The translations under genes and the position numbers were made by a program. Below, one piece after another: positions 24,401 through 38,700 of a stretch of DNA of 64,000 nt. Numbering within the stretch: the stretch's first letter is position 1; each line of letters starts with the position of its first letter. Source of the stretch: Callorhinchus milii (Eukaryota); assembly GCF_018977255.1 (NCBI RefSeq), contig NW_024704762.1, positions 7,254,001 through 7,318,000 on the forward strand, given 5' to 3'. A model generated the notes under the pieces. The model was not told the DNA's origin. It saw nothing but the letters and a program-made list of their open reading frames with translations, and made no database searches.

Positions 24401-27400
24401 TGGCTGGGTGTCTGTAGGCCACTTCCAGTTCCTCTTCTGTTCAATCCCCTATAAAAATTGGGATCTTTGAACAGTTGATTCCTGTTTCCATTGGGTAGAC
24501 CCTCTTGTTAGGACTCGCAACTATTAATTTGCTTTGTGAGTCGAGCAGCAACTTTTCAAAACAACATTTGTTTTTTTGTTAGTGGTTAGAAACTTATCTC
24601 TGATGGTTCTCATTTACTTTACCCGTGTAAATGGAATTAGCAGAATGAAAGACATGGTCTCCGAGGCAAATGTAGCCCTGTTTAAATATTCTGAGTGGAG
24701 AGGGGAGCAAATCCATACAGCGAGCAACCTGTTTTAAGTGGGATTACAGTTCCAAGGCCTGTCTGTTCCACGGAGTGGCTAATGTAATTAATTTAGGAGG
24801 ATGAACACTGATCTTAAGCTAGCCAGAGCTGCAAGGATACAGCGATTGTGAGCATTAAATCTTAAAGTAACATTGACAGGATCAAGTTGTATTCATAATG
24901 AAATGGGGGGGAGGAAGTAGAGAGAGAATGTCTAAAAGAAGTATCCTGTAAGAGGCAATCAAGGGAGTAGGTGTGTGAACTCACAAGAACTCACAACTCT
25001 TACAAGTCTATTTGGGCTCCTGACCTATTGTTTATATCCTCAAAGTATGATGTTGCAAACATTTTTTAAAAAGCATCACAAAGTCATTTGAAAGTGTTGT
25101 ACTCAGTGAATCACTTATTACTGTTCTAATCAGTACTGATGAAATATAGAGTTCTATGGGTCCGATATATGGATTCAAGTAAGGTTTAAAGACTTGGAGT
25201 CCAGCGGTCATCAATAATAGAGACTATAAACATGTCTTTGGGTATTAGCATTACGGGGAAATAAAGCATTTAACTGTCTTAGCCATTGGATTTATCACTT
25301 TTCTAATTATTTTTTGTGCGTTGTAGTGATATTAAGATAATCATTAAGCAGTGTGTAGCAGACTTAAGATGGGCTGTGGAGCGGGCTGTGTTTCGTCTGA
25401 ATTAATCTGTTTGTTAATTGTTGGGTCCTTTTTTGTAGATATTGTAGATAGTTTGGGTTAAAATATGTGGAGATTCTGGCTGTGCTGGGAAGGTTCACCT
25501 CTGTCGCAACAAGGCAGCAGAAGACGAACTTCCTCATTAATGCTGACTCATCAGTGGGTCTGTGGCTTTAACTCTGCTAATGATCAATTCTTCAAGGTCA
25601 ACCCTCAGTATCTCCTCGCTCTCCCTTTCCAAATGGGGAAGGGATAGCATCAAAGCCCATCAAAACAGCTATGGATAAAATAAGACAAAAGGTTTTTAAT
25701 CACAGTTTTGATTTAGGAAGGTGACCCTACGCTTCCAATTTAATTGATTTATTTTAAACACAGTTCAGCCTGACTCTTTTGTGAATTGTAAATTGTATTA
25801 GAGTAGATGGCTCCAGGGAGGGCGCTAGTACTTACCTGCACATACACGATAGACGAACAGTATGTAAACTTTCTAAATTATCATTATTTTTTAATTTATG
25901 CCCTCCCGAAAGGGCAGTTGGGGTCAACCTTATGCTGGAAGATTGTCAAGACACACCTAGGGGCAAGTGTACAACATTGTTAATATATCGCATTGGATCA
26001 TAAATAATTAGCCAAGACAAACACGTACAGAGAGAGACTGTGATTCAGTTTTTCTACTCCCAAATGGAGTTAGTGTCTCTTAAACTCACAGATGGCTTCA
26101 TTGGGGTCAATGTACCACATTGAGGTGCACTGACTGGAAATAGGAGTAGATTATTCTGTCTATCAACCTGTTCTGCCAGTTTATGTGGACATGCTGGGTC
26201 TTAACCTTACTTTCCCAAGATTCTGTCTATCTCCCTTTCAAACATCTCGAATCGTTCTGTCTCCATGGCCTTGAGAGCACATGCTCACAATCTTTTGTAA
26301 AGAAATGTGTTCCGATCTTATATCTAATCATTTAGCCCTAATTTTAAGACTGTCGCCTTGATTTGGATCCATCTGTCAGAGGGAAGAGTCATCCATTATT
26401 TAGCTAACCATTCTGTTCATGATTCTAAAAAATATTCATGAGAGAAAAANGATAATAATTTGGTCAGTCAATCCACGACTGTTTGCAGGAAACTGCTGTG
26501 TGCAATTGGCTGTCATGTCTCACCCACAAAACATGCAGTCACTACACGTTACAGTATGTCCTGGAAGCGCTTTGACAGGTCGTGAAGACGTGATGGAGCA
26601 CTATATCACATACAAGGATTATTATTATAAATGCCTCAAGAAGATGGAATAAAGGCATTGAATATCCAGGAGATGAATTGGTTGCAAACTGGCAGTTTTC
26701 AGCACATTACAGAAACATGAGTCTTTTCTCTCCGGCAGGGACACGGAATGCAATGCTTAACACTGAGGCCCGGACTGTGGAGGCGGACGTGCTGAGCCGT
26801 CGCTGTGTGATAATGAGACTAGCGGAGTTCTCCTTCGAAAAATTCCAGGAGGCCATTCGGCAGTCAGCTGGGGCAGTGGTCGTCATTCTGCCCCAGAATA
26901 TGTCCACGATGCCTCAGGACGTCATTCAGGTGAAGTGCGATTCCCATTGTACCCACTTAAGCACTCTGAGATGCCGCCTGAACGTGAAGGGCGCTATACA
27001 AATGTAATTGGTCGTTGAAGTTCTTGTTGAGGGGTGAGAGAGCAAAATATACACAGCCGGGCAGTCGAGTGCACAGAAGACTGTCGCGAGGGGGTATTTG
27101 GGAAATTAGCAGTTTACTCAGTGGGTTCCAATAGCCCACTCAGGAATCTCCTTTTTTTTCCTTTCCAGTTGTGGGTAGGCTGTCAGGATTGAACTCGAAG
27201 GGAAGGGCCATAGTTTAACCAATTTCAAAGTTGACACTCATTTTTGGACATGAGGCAACTCGTTCTAAATTTTAAGACATTGTTTTGCTCCATTCAAGCA
27301 TCTCTTTATCTGCTGATCTGCCCCGGGGGTGATTGAGGAGAAAAGGGAGCGAGGAAGCTGATGGAAAATTGCAAGATTGAACTTTCGATGATTTACTTTT

Positions 27401-30400
27401 AACAACAACAGCTTGCATTTATGCAAGGTAGCTTCCCAGAGAGCTTTAAAATGTGTGATTAAAAAATCAAATCCAAGAGTGTCTTTTGGCAGTTACTGGC
27501 TTTCGTAGACTGAGCTGTGGGTTTTGTATTTAATTTGCAGCAATTTATGGAGATTGAGCCCGAGCTGCTGGCGACCGAGACCATCGTCCCGGTGTACTTT
27601 GCGCTGGAGGATGACGAGCTCCTGTCCATACACGATCAGACAAAGGCGGCCTCCGTGTCCCAGGGCACCGCCTCAGCGGCAGAGGGTGAGTCAGTCAGTG
27701 AGCCTGATAAAGTCTGTCTGGCGGTCATGTTGGCAGCAGCTGTTTACCAATGTGGCGAACATCAGAACAGAGGACCAAGTAGGGTCTTCTCCTGATAACT
27801 CCACAGTTATAATTCAGTCACTGACTTATAACTGCAGCAATGCCAATGGAACTCCACTCAAATGCCAGCTTCTTCCAGCTGTATCGGGTGGTTAGTGATC
27901 TGACATATCAACTTCCAGCAGGAGCCACTGTTTCCATTTCCTGTAATGTATTTGAGTCTCCGTGTTCCCTCTAATAAATTTTCCAATCCAGACAAACTGC
28001 TACTTTTACAGATGTCGAGTCTGCGCTTCTCTTTAGCTGTTGGCCTGAATGTATGTTGTTTTTAATCTATCTGTACCTCGCAACTTAGACGTTAGTAATA
28101 AATTGACGAACCTCCTCTCCTGCCCTCAGTGCTCATACACACAGCTACAGCCAATGGGTTTCAAATGGTCACCAGTGGAGCCCAAAGCAAAGCCATCAGT
28201 GACTGGGCAGTAACCAGCCTGGAGGTAAGTCCTGTGTTTTCCCTCTCCACCCCCCCCATCTGGGAAATTTGGAAAATTTACTTTTTTTTTCTCCTGTGGA
28301 TTTTATCTCCTCAATTCCCAAGACATTTACCAGTAAATATTCAGTCTCTCTCTCTCTCCTCTACTTTGTCTGTGAGAATTATGGCTGAAATACTGAAGAT
28401 CTGTTGCGGTTTTCACATATTCTAAAATTGTCCTTACAAGTTTTACGGTACGAAAGATGAAATTAAATCTGTGTGTGTTGCAGTACCATTATCTGCCTTC
28501 TAGTGGCAACATAGACAGTAACTTCCACAAGCCCAGTAGCTCTCTTTATCAGGCACTTAGTTGGATTACAACAATAATAATCCTCACATTTGATATAGTA
28601 GCTTGTGAAATTGGGTTCAGGCGTTTGTCAGAAACCACACCAAGAATATCATTAAAACCTTTTATTAGCAATTATAAAACCACACAAGCATAAGCGTCAC
28701 ATTAGACCTGACCCATTACTCGTAGCGCTTAAATGACTACGAAAGCACTATATCTTAAGATGCATTCAATACTAAAATTCTAAATCTCTATTAAAAGAAA
28801 TGTGATATATGAAATGTGCCTAAATAATCTCTTAACGGTTTTGCATGTATGTTGGGTGTGTAAGTAGGAGAGCTACTACCAAGCAGGCAGGAAGTTGTGA
28901 CGAAGTTCTAAGGCTGGCACAAAAGTTAAACACTGTCTCTGGTGTGCTGCTGGCTGCAAACGTCTCTGGCTTGCTTCTAGCTGCAAACGTCTCTTTGCGG
29001 TCCACTCCGGCGAGAGCTGGACTTGTCCCCTTTCCCTCAAAGGCACTCTTCTCCGTAGAGGTTCGTCCCCTTCCTCTCCTCGGATGCTTGAATACTTCTA
29101 AGTTTGGGCTACTTTTTTTTAATATACCCTTTTTCGCCAGCCACCTGTATTTTATCTACTTTCTTCTCATTACTTCTCTCTCTCTAATTGTCAGTTCTAA
29201 AACCCTGCTCTTTTGCTCCAGCATCCTTTTCCTCAGTTTTAATTGCTAATTTCGTATACCTGCCCACACATTTGGCTTCCCATCCATTCTCCTAGTCCAA
29301 TTATCCCAGGTTCCTATTTCTCCTCCCCGTAGGTCACATGCCTTTGTAAGCGCAGATAGCCTACCATCCATCCTCCCGATCCAGCTATCCTTATCTTCTG
29401 GCTTTGGGTCGCATTCCAGTGTACTCTCGCCTAGCTCAGCGTCTCTTTACTAGGACTGTGGGTGTGTGTGTGATGCATGCCACATAGCAGTTTTTATTTC
29501 TTTAATTCTTTCTACTTAATTCATCTATTCACTAGTACTAATGAGTACTGTAAACCCAACTATTTACAGCTTATCACGTCATATTAATAAGTAGTGCTTC
29601 AATCCACAACCTTCTAGTGAGGGTGCTACCAACTGAGCCAGGCCGACACTTTCCAAGGGTTGGAAAACTTTGTTTATAAAAACAGATTTGTAAAAATAAA
29701 TAAATCCCTAAAATTTTGGAAACTCTTAAGTTGAGCATCTGTAGCAAACAAGGGACATGTAGTATGTCACACTGAGTTCCTCTTTTAGAATATCATCTGA
29801 TCAAGCAATGCTCAAACATTACAGGTTTGAGCTAGCCCAAGAAGGGAACAAAAGCATTGCGTCTTTGAAGGAGGAGGGAGGACCATTCTTGTACATGGAA
29901 GTGCATCTCCCAATCAGTGCTGAGTGACAAAGTCACCATTATTTTGTTTGCCGAATGCTTTTGCTCTTCCCTGACCCTGTGTCAGCTGGTATACCAAGCT
30001 TTCCGATTACAAAAGTACCCACTGTTTTTTTTTTTCAGGGACGATTGACTGGTCTGGGAGGAGAGGATCTGCCCACCATCGCAATTGTTGCACACTACGA
30101 CTCCTTCGGCGTGGCCCCTGTGAGTTACAACAAATTTATATAGCGCCCTTCACGCGGGGTATCGTCCCGGAGCACTTAACAGTGGTGGAAGAGCCGGGAG
30201 AGAGGGAGGGTGCAAGGTGACAGTAAGCACGATCAAAAAAGGAAGGTCCTTAGGCATGATCAGTTACACTGATTTGCTGTTACTAGGATTTGGTTGATTG
30301 TATCGAGTTTGAGGATATTAAATGTTGTTATTAATTTGATATATAGCACCTTAACACATCTTTGAGACGTCTCAAAGCGTTTCACAGGATACACTGTAAA

Positions 30401-33400
30401 GTTAATTGGCTGTGTATTTTGTCGGTGAAATGTGTAAGTCAGCAATTGACTACATGATTGAAAGCAGCATGTATGATTATGTTTGACTTCTGTTGTTCCC
30501 TGTGACAGTGGCTGTCATACGGAGCTGACTCTAATGGGAGTGGGGTGGCAGCGTTGCTGGAACTGGCTCGTCTCTTTTCTCGACTCTACACGTACAAGAG
30601 GACACATGCAGCGTGAGTTAATTCATAACAAGTTTTTTTTTAAAAAAACCTGTGTTATATCTTCTGACTCCCAGTTTAACTTGGCAATGTAATCTACATG
30701 CAATCCTCGTTAATGTGAAAACAAGTTAATAGATGTGGTTTTATTCAGTGGGTGTCTCAACTGCACAGACCAGGAAGGGAGCAATGCTGAGTTACTGATC
30801 TCAGTTGTGGTAGTAATTGTGGTTGCAATTGGCTTTGATGGGTTGGGGGAGTGATCAATTAAAACATTGCCAGCCTTTCCACTCCCTCCGCTCGGCGGGC
30901 GCTGGCCTATTCCGTGTCCCCTCACCATTGGCAGTCGGACCGTCAGCTTTTCTGCCAATATCCTCTCGAATGCCGTCTCAGAATCCCTTTGCCTTTCCCA
31001 CTCTTGTCTCCTTCAAGGCCCGTCTCAAGACTTTCCTCTTTGACTGTACCTTCGATCGTCCTCCATTCCTTTTGATTCCAGCCCCCAGCACAAATGCAAA
31101 CCCTTGACTGTCCAGAGCCTCGGAATGTCATCCCGACATCCCAAGGTGGTGGTTGTGTATTCACGCTGGGTGAGAACAAAATCAGGCTCAGGAAAGCTGT
31201 TACTTACAATTGAACAGAGGAAAACCACCATTAATCACTTCAAGCCATTATCACATTAATGTATAAGTATCATCATATGCATCTTTTCTTTCAGATACAA
31301 TATCCTGTTCTTTGTATCTGGGGGAGGGAAATTCAACTACCAGGGAACAAAGCGCTGGCTGGAAGATAACCTCGACCACACAGGTCAGCCCAGGCTGGGT
31401 GTAACCGATACAATAATGAACCCCGTCTTTTGGAAGATGCCTTCGTGATTGTGAGCTCTTCAGATGGAAATCAACTCTTATTTACGGAAACATTAAACAT
31501 AGATAATTTTTATATGTGGTGAATCCTCAAAAAAAAAAAGCAGATTTCTGGCATTGATTTGAGAGAAATGCTGTGTGGGAGTGTAGTGGTTCCCAGGTTG
31601 GTGAGCTGTGTGGTAAGAGTGAATTCTTTGTTGCAGATTCCAGCCTCCTGCAGGATAATGTTGCCTTTGTCCTGTGCCTGGACACAATGGGCAATAACAA
31701 TGACCTTTATCTGCACGTCTCAAAGCCACCAAAGGAGGCAACCCCACAGCATGCCTTCCTGAGAGACCTGGAAATGGTAAGTGAGTCAGGAAGATTTTAG
31801 CACCTGGGATGAGAGGGTCATTGCCAGGAGCGGCAGGAGGTGGAGCCATTCCTTTTTATTTCTTCCTGCTCACACCCCCGCCTCCAGCGCACGCCTCACT
31901 GAAGGTGCCAGACCTCAGAAACCTTATTACGCTCTTATGTGTAATTTCTGGGAATAGGATTGACCCTGGCTTTAACATGGCTCTGATGCTGCCTCCATCC
32001 AGGGCCTGCGACTTGCTACAGGGAAGTGATTTTATTTGAGGGATTATTGCATAGTAATTGTTCCTTCCTCAGGCCTCACTCATTTACTGGCCTAATATAG
32101 ATAAAAGCATCGTCTTGATGCAGCACTATGCCACCTAGAACACTCTATCCCTCCCTTACTTCCTTGAAGGCCCGCCTCAAGACCCTGCTCTTCAACCGTG
32201 CATTCGGTCACCTTCCTACCCCACTGATCCCAACCCCCAGCTCGGGTTCAAATCTCTGACTGTCCATCGCCTTGGGACGTCCTTCTGACGTGAAAGGCAC
32301 TATGCAAATGTAAGTTGTTGTTGTATTTTCCCTGCCTCACTTTCCTCCGGGGCACTGATCAGTGTAACCACTCACTTGTTTGCAGGTGACATCCAGCCAA
32401 TACAAAGAGGTCAAATTTTCGATGGTGCATAAAAAAATCAACTTGGCAGAGGACATGCTGGCGTGGGAGCACGAGCGCTTTGGTATCCGGCGGCTACCTG
32501 CTTTCACCATGTCTCACCTCGAGAGCCACAAAAGCAGTCTGCGCACCACTGTCATGGACGTCAGGTGAGACCCGTTCTGCGTTCGCTCGTCCATTTGTTG
32601 AGTTCAACACGTGGGAGATTGCAGCCCGCTCGGGGTGGGAGAGAGAGATCCTGTTTATCATTGAGTCCTTCCCTTGTGAAGTGAACATCCCATGCAATCC
32701 CAGTCGGCATAGTGCTCGTCCCAGTCAGTCGCTGGAGCCGGTTTAGCACTGAAGATGTGAGTTACTCTTTAGCCCTGAATCTGCCCTTGCTGTGACAACT
32801 CAGGGAAAATGGTATCACTTTTTCAGCTACTTCAGTCTGAATCAGTTCTAGTGTAATGGACTTTGCATGTGTTCATGCGTTCATCTTGTTGATATCTTGT
32901 GTGTGTGTGTGCGTCCACGTATGTGATGTACATAGGATGCACTTTTAGCCTTGCACTTAATCCGAGGCAGAGCTGCTCATCATCGCCTTTCATTTTGCTC
33001 CTGACTCAGGTCCCAGATTGATATTCAGAAGTTAAGTCGCAATACCAGAATAATAGCAGAAGCATTGGCACGGGTAATTTACAACTTAACAGAGAAGGTA
33101 AGATCAGTACTCCTCTTACTTTTGCATGCACTCTGCAAACCCACTCTATGGTTTATTGCATGCGCGCATGTGTGTGCGTGTGTAACTGGCAGAGGAGTGT
33201 GTACAGCAGGTAGGTGTGTTGTTTATTTTACATGTAAAGAGGCACATGCTGCTATATATGTACCAAGCTTTGTTGCATCTATTCCCTGTTCTCAGGATTG
33301 TTCTCTTTTTAAGGGTGCCCCATCGGACCTTCAGATCTTCACAGAGCAAATGGTAAGCAGAGCCTTTCATCTGAACAGCCCCCTTCTTCCCCCACCCCAG

Positions 33401-35781
33401 GGTCAAAGCTTTGACAGAAAGATCTGGCTTCCCCTGGAGTTTGAAAAGAGATTATCTCCTCCTAAATCTCCCATCACGGAAGTTTGCCCACTTCTTTTTC
33501 TATTTAAGAAAAAAATCAAGCTATAAAAATATTAAATTTCTGTTTCGTTGATTGAAGAATATCTTATCGCCCACAAATTACACAGTCAATGCACTTCACA
33601 GCATATCCTGTGAAGCAATCTGAGACATCTTGAAGCCGTGACAAGGCGCTATATCAAATGCAAGGTTTATAATTATTGCCGAACTGAACACAAGCTAGAG
33701 AATCACCAGGATGATGGGGATCTCTCACTGTTTGTCTCCTCTGCTCGCCCTCCTCAGCAGTTACAGGAGGACCAGTTATCATCTGTATTAGACTGGTTAA
33801 CAACACAGCCTCGTGCTGCACAGTTGGTGGATAAGGACAGCAGCCTGATCGCCACAATGGAGTATTACATGAGCAGATACCTGAAAGACGTTAAACGGCA
33901 TCATGTGAAAGCAGATAAGAGGTACGTTCCCCTGAAAGGGCTCTTTCCAGATGATCAATTCAATCAACTCAGCCTCAGCCTGCCTGCCGAGGTGGAGTCA
34001 TTCTTCAGGTAACCAGTGAAAAAAGGAATGATTATTTTTCTTCCTCTCTGTTGGTTTCAGAGATCCAGAATTTGTCTTCTATGATCAGCTGAAGCAAACC
34101 ATGAATGCCTACAGGTATGAAACTGATCCAGGATTGCAAGTTGTTCTGATAAGTAACTGGAGCGGGTTCTGAAATCCTTTTGGAATATCTTTTCAAAGAA
34201 GGAGCACAGAGGCGCAGGATATTGTTGATTCAGTAACCGTTTCTAAGCGATCTGTTCTGATTGTGGAGCGAGTTCCTCATCAGTTGCTGATAACCAAAAT
34301 GGTTTGCCAACTTTGTTATAAATTCACAATATATATTTAAAGACTGTGGTTGAAAGTGCCATGGTCGTTGCACAACTTGCAGCTTTGGTTTGTGACTGAA
34401 GCTGCAGGATTCACTGCCAAATCTGTTTCAGAAGATCACAATCCCAAAAGCTGACCAAAGGCTGATTTTCTTTGTCAGCTGACCTGTCAGATGTTTTTGA
34501 GCCTTTGCCTCAGCTGAGAAACATCCTCAAAACAAAAAGATTATCAGAAAACAGAGTTGCTATCAGCACAGCGACTTCTCCTTTGCAAGCAGGGCATTAC
34601 TGTCTATCAGTGAAACTTTGCTGTGACCTGGGACTGGAAGTAAGAAACCTGATTGAGACAATGGTTCTGTCTACTTGTTCGTTCTCTTTCCTCCCACCTT
34701 TTGCACAGTTAAAATGACATTTCTGTTTGTTATTTGTTTGTTTGCAGAGTGAAACCTGCCATCTTTGATCTGCTGTTGGCGCTGTGCATAGCAGCATACC
34801 TGGCAGTTACGTATTTCGTTGCCCAGGTGAGTCCAGGTGTGAGTCACTGTGAGGAGGTCTCACTGAGAGACCAGGGCTGTGTGGCAGTGCGACACTGGAG
34901 CTCCCACCAGCAAACTCGCTTCTTTGCATCGCATAATATTCAGGTTCGATAGGCTAACTGGATTTAGGACATGCTGATTTGCTCCAAAAATGACTTGTAT
35001 GAGAGAGTTCCCACAACAACAAATTCCATTTATAAAGCGTCCTCGCGTACGGTAGAGTCCCAGAGTATTGCGTATTTTTTTCCAATTAAAGTCCTGTTAG
35101 AAAACGCTGCCTTTTACAATGGGGTGTTTTTGAACTAGCGCTGAAAAGGGTTAAGGAGTGACCTGATGCCACCCTTAAGTTTATGTTGGGCTGCAACGGG
35201 GCTAGATAGTGATCTGTTTATTTTCATTGGTACGGCAAGTCAGTAATCTGGACACAAATTCTGACTAATTTCAGAAAACAAATGAAAGGTGTGTTTGGAA
35301 AACATTTCTTTGGACAGAGGATGGTTGGAATGCAGAATCCTCTAAAACAAACTGTAATGAGGGCACAGATACCATAAATAGCCTTGAAGAGGATGAATAT
35401 TAAAGGCTGTGAGAAGGGAGAGGAGCATGAGATTATGTGGAAGGGGGAAAAAAAAAGGCTGATTAATGGGCCAAATGGCTTATTTCTGTGCTGTAACGTT
35501 CTGTGATTCTATAGCAAATTCTGTTGCTGTTTATTTACTGGCTGAAGCGTTTTGCCCACAAAATATACAGTCAATTCACTTTACAGTGTATTCTGTGAAG
35601 CGCTTGGATGAATCTCAAAGACGCAATAAGGAGCTATATCAAATGCAAATGATTTATTTTTTAAAAAATCAATTTCCAGCTGCAAAAACTAAAATCTCGC
35701 TTTTTTTTCCACTATCCGCAGAACTTCGGTTTCTTTTACAACACAGTCCGACGGATCACCCTGAAACAGAAGCAACACTGA
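21469..35781 (+). CDS. NCLN: Nicalin (M28 peptidase-fold ER membrane protein, NOMO-NCLN-TMEM147 complex), 15 coding exons, 560 aa
   Basis: Exons 21469-21643, 26739-26929, 27541-27685, 28130-28224, 30039-30119, 30509-30612, 31295-31383, 31637-31776, 32386-32564, 33010-33097, 33314-33352, 33758-33921, 34061-34114, 34748-34826, 35722-35781; all GT-AG, 1683 nt open. Peptides [99 protein letters not shown] match nicalin. Confidence 0.96.
21656..22035 (+). repeat. 43-bp minisatellite (~9 copies) at the start of NCLN intron 1
   Basis: Unit GGGGTTAGGGTGACCATATACTCTACAGGGTCTCAGATACCAT; TGACCAT recurs at 21661, 21704, 21747, 21790, 21833, 21876, 21919, 21962 and, after a shortened unit, 21992. Confidence 0.95.
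22204..22536. mobile_element. Degenerate non-autonomous hAT (Blackjack/MER94-like) DNA transposon
   Basis: Left end TGACCATATTTT...AAATCCGGGGACAC and right end GGGACATATGGTCAC form inverted termini with GGGACA subterminal motifs, typical of hAT-Blackjack elements as recalled. Confidence 0.55.
28604..29568 (-). mobile_element. Solo LTR (~965 bp) in NCLN intron 4, antisense to NCLN
   Basis: TG...CA ends with imperfect inverted repeats (TGTGAAATTGGGTT / AACCCAACTATTTACA), flanked by gct on both sides, and interrupting a SINE tail. On the minus strand: TATA-like TATATTAAAA ~29113-29126 and AATAAA at 28661-28666. Confidence 0.7.
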
Positions 35782-38700
35782 CGACAGACCACCAACTCCC
35801 GCACTAAGGGGGCTTCCTCCCAGTTTATATTATAAAAAAACTCCCCATGTCATTGTGGCTTGTTCTGACCAGCCGCACTGAGCCACTCACTGCCACCATA
35901 CCACCCACAGGGTTAAGATGTTTCCTGAATCACTGTTTGAGTTGGACTTTTATCTTCCCCTTCCCACCACTACCACCCCAATTCCATCTATGCTTCAATT
36001 CTTACCCAAAGGCACCTCCTGTTCGGCACACACCGCCCAAACCAAGCTGCCTGTGTGTGCCTTTGGTAAATTGAAACCAATCCATGCACCGATTGCAATG
36101 TTTTAGTTTGATCCTGTTCATCACATTCTGAAATGCCCCTTTAACTGGGTGTTTCGACTCTCAATGGAATCAATCCTTTTTACTCCAGATAAAAAGAAAA
36201 CGGTTGTAAATAGCGAAGGGCAAAGGGACGTTTGTTTCAAAATTGGGGTCTGTGTACGCGAGGTACCATTCACCCCAGTGCTGTTTCTGATTTTTTTTGT
36301 GTCCAAATAATGTCGTCCCAACCAGCCCCTAAACTAGCCTGGGTTTGTGTGTTGAGTGTGCAGCCAAGACATTAGGCAACTGAGAGAGGGAGCAAGTTTC
36401 ACTGCACTGAGCATCCCAATCCCTTCTGGTCCCATTATTCCTTGGTCGTTACTCCAGGGGGGCTGTTGCAAAGATTTTTTTTATTAATAAGAGCACACTC
36501 TACTCGTGGTTAGTCTGTGAAATAAGTTCACCTGCAGCACCTCTTGTGGGGAGAGAGAGAGAGTGTCCATCCATATCCTCATTTTAACAGAAGAAAACAG
36601 ACCCACTTAACAAGCACACGGTGGATTGTCTCTTTGAAAACCGAAAGGAGAAAGTTTGCTCCTGTTGAACTTTGCGATGTATTGTTTCCCTATTTCGGGG
36701 TTTATTTTGGAAACACTAGGGGATATCGGAGAGGGGGGGGTGTTTTGTTTTTTACCCTCAGTTGATTTGCGACGCTGAATCCTGAGCTTTTATTTATATA
36801 TTGTAAATGGTTCTTTGTTTGCAAAAAAAAATCATTGAAGTTGACAATTTCCTCCTGTTGTCTAATGCAATGGATTATGGGGATAAAGAGTGGAGCTGTG
36901 CAGAACGGGAAGTCCCGATACAGATGGGAGGACCACGCAATAAATGAGAAACTGGACGGAGCAAGTCATCTGCACCAGTGTTGCAATGTGTTTTTGTAAC
37001 GTTGTGATATTTTCGCTTTCTCTTATTTCCCCCACTCTGCACTCACTCCCGTGCATCCAGCAGCTCGTGTGGCCATTCATAAGCCAGACTTAAGCGTGGC
37101 AGGTTATCTACAGTGGGATTGGAGGGGTAGAGACAGACTGATAATGATACTTGCATTGGATATAGCACTGTAGAGACATCTCTTAAGTGCTTCACGGAAT
37201 ATACTATAAATTGAATTAACTCAGCCCAAACACACAAGGATCAGTGGACACCGTCAACTTCCAATTATGTAGTGGCCGCCATGCAGGATAGTGTCTCGAC
37301 TGCTTTGAACAGTGACCAGTTCCTGAAGTTACGGGTATAAAGAGGTTGGGTGTGTATCTAGTGAGCCAGGCAGGGGCTCGGTGAGAATCTGGGAAGACAT
37401 CTTAAAGGGGTTGTTGGCCCCAATGATATTTGGATGTTTGAATACATCAACGTCTGATTTCAATCTTGTAACTAGCAGTCACACACCTTTGTGGGTATGT
37501 TTACTCTGAACAGATATTTTTTCTCCCCTTGAATCAATAACCTGTTTAGCCAGAACCACCCTCTCATTCAGCCCATAGCCCACATTCAAAGGTCAGTTAC
37601 TCCTTTGTGCTGTCTTTACACAGAAGCCCCATTGACTTGATTGCATGTGTATGGGGCGGGAGATGGGGGGTGGGGAAGACTATGGATAGATTTTAGCTAT
37701 AAAACTGCTTACTGAAGCAACATGCCTTTGGGGGAATTATGTACTTCATGCGTTTTGGCTTTTTTTTAAAAAAAGAAGCACAAGAAGAGTCAGAAAGTAG
37801 TCTTCTGCATCACTGGAAAGAAAGGCCAAGACGCAATCCCAGAAATCGGTGCACGATGCTGTTAATGAAAGAGTAATGGATTGTAGATAATGGATGGAAT
37901 GGAACTTTGCTTTAATTATTTCCATGTTTCTCTGGAATCCTGGCAACACCACTAGGGAGAAAGGGTGAAATGGGTCATCGCATTGCTCTGGTGTAATGTA
38001 AGGCATCAGATTTATAACAACAATTCTTGTATTTGGTATCGTGCTTTAACCCATCGTTGAGTCGTCTCAAAGCACTTCACAGAAATACGTAAAGTGGAGT
38101 GACTTATTTTTTATTATATTCTTATTCCCTTTATTGGCACAGGTGCCCACTTTTTGCCCCAGTGACTTACCTCCTCCATTCTGCCTCTGCCAACAAATCG
38201 CATCCTAATCAGGTGCAGTCTGATTAGCATGAGTGGCAGTCATCTGCATCATTTAGTGCACCTGTGCAGTCACATGCTGGTTCGGCATACAAGCCTGGAG
38301 AATCTCCGGAAAGTTTATTAACTAAAGTGACTTGAAAATTCCAGGATTCCGAGGAATCCTTTGGGAAGTCGGATGGCGGATCAAGGGTACATTTCAGAAT
38401 TAGGTAAGCGGGATGCGCCCTTCCAGGGAGAGAGTGCACATTCCAACAACCTATCTCTGGAATTTCCGTGTGTAGGTGGGATGCCTGGAATTCTCAGTTT
38501 GGATTGGATACTCTTAAACATGGTGATGGGTTTCTGCATGTGTCAGACACCTGCTGACCAAAAAAAAAGGCGGTTGTTTAATGGTTGTGGGATTAAATAG
38601 AACAAGATAACATGTGAGAATTGAATCATTTGCCCCCGTCAAATCTAATTGGGTTTCCTGTTCTATTATTAAATGAGTTTAGGGCAGTCTTCACCCAGAG

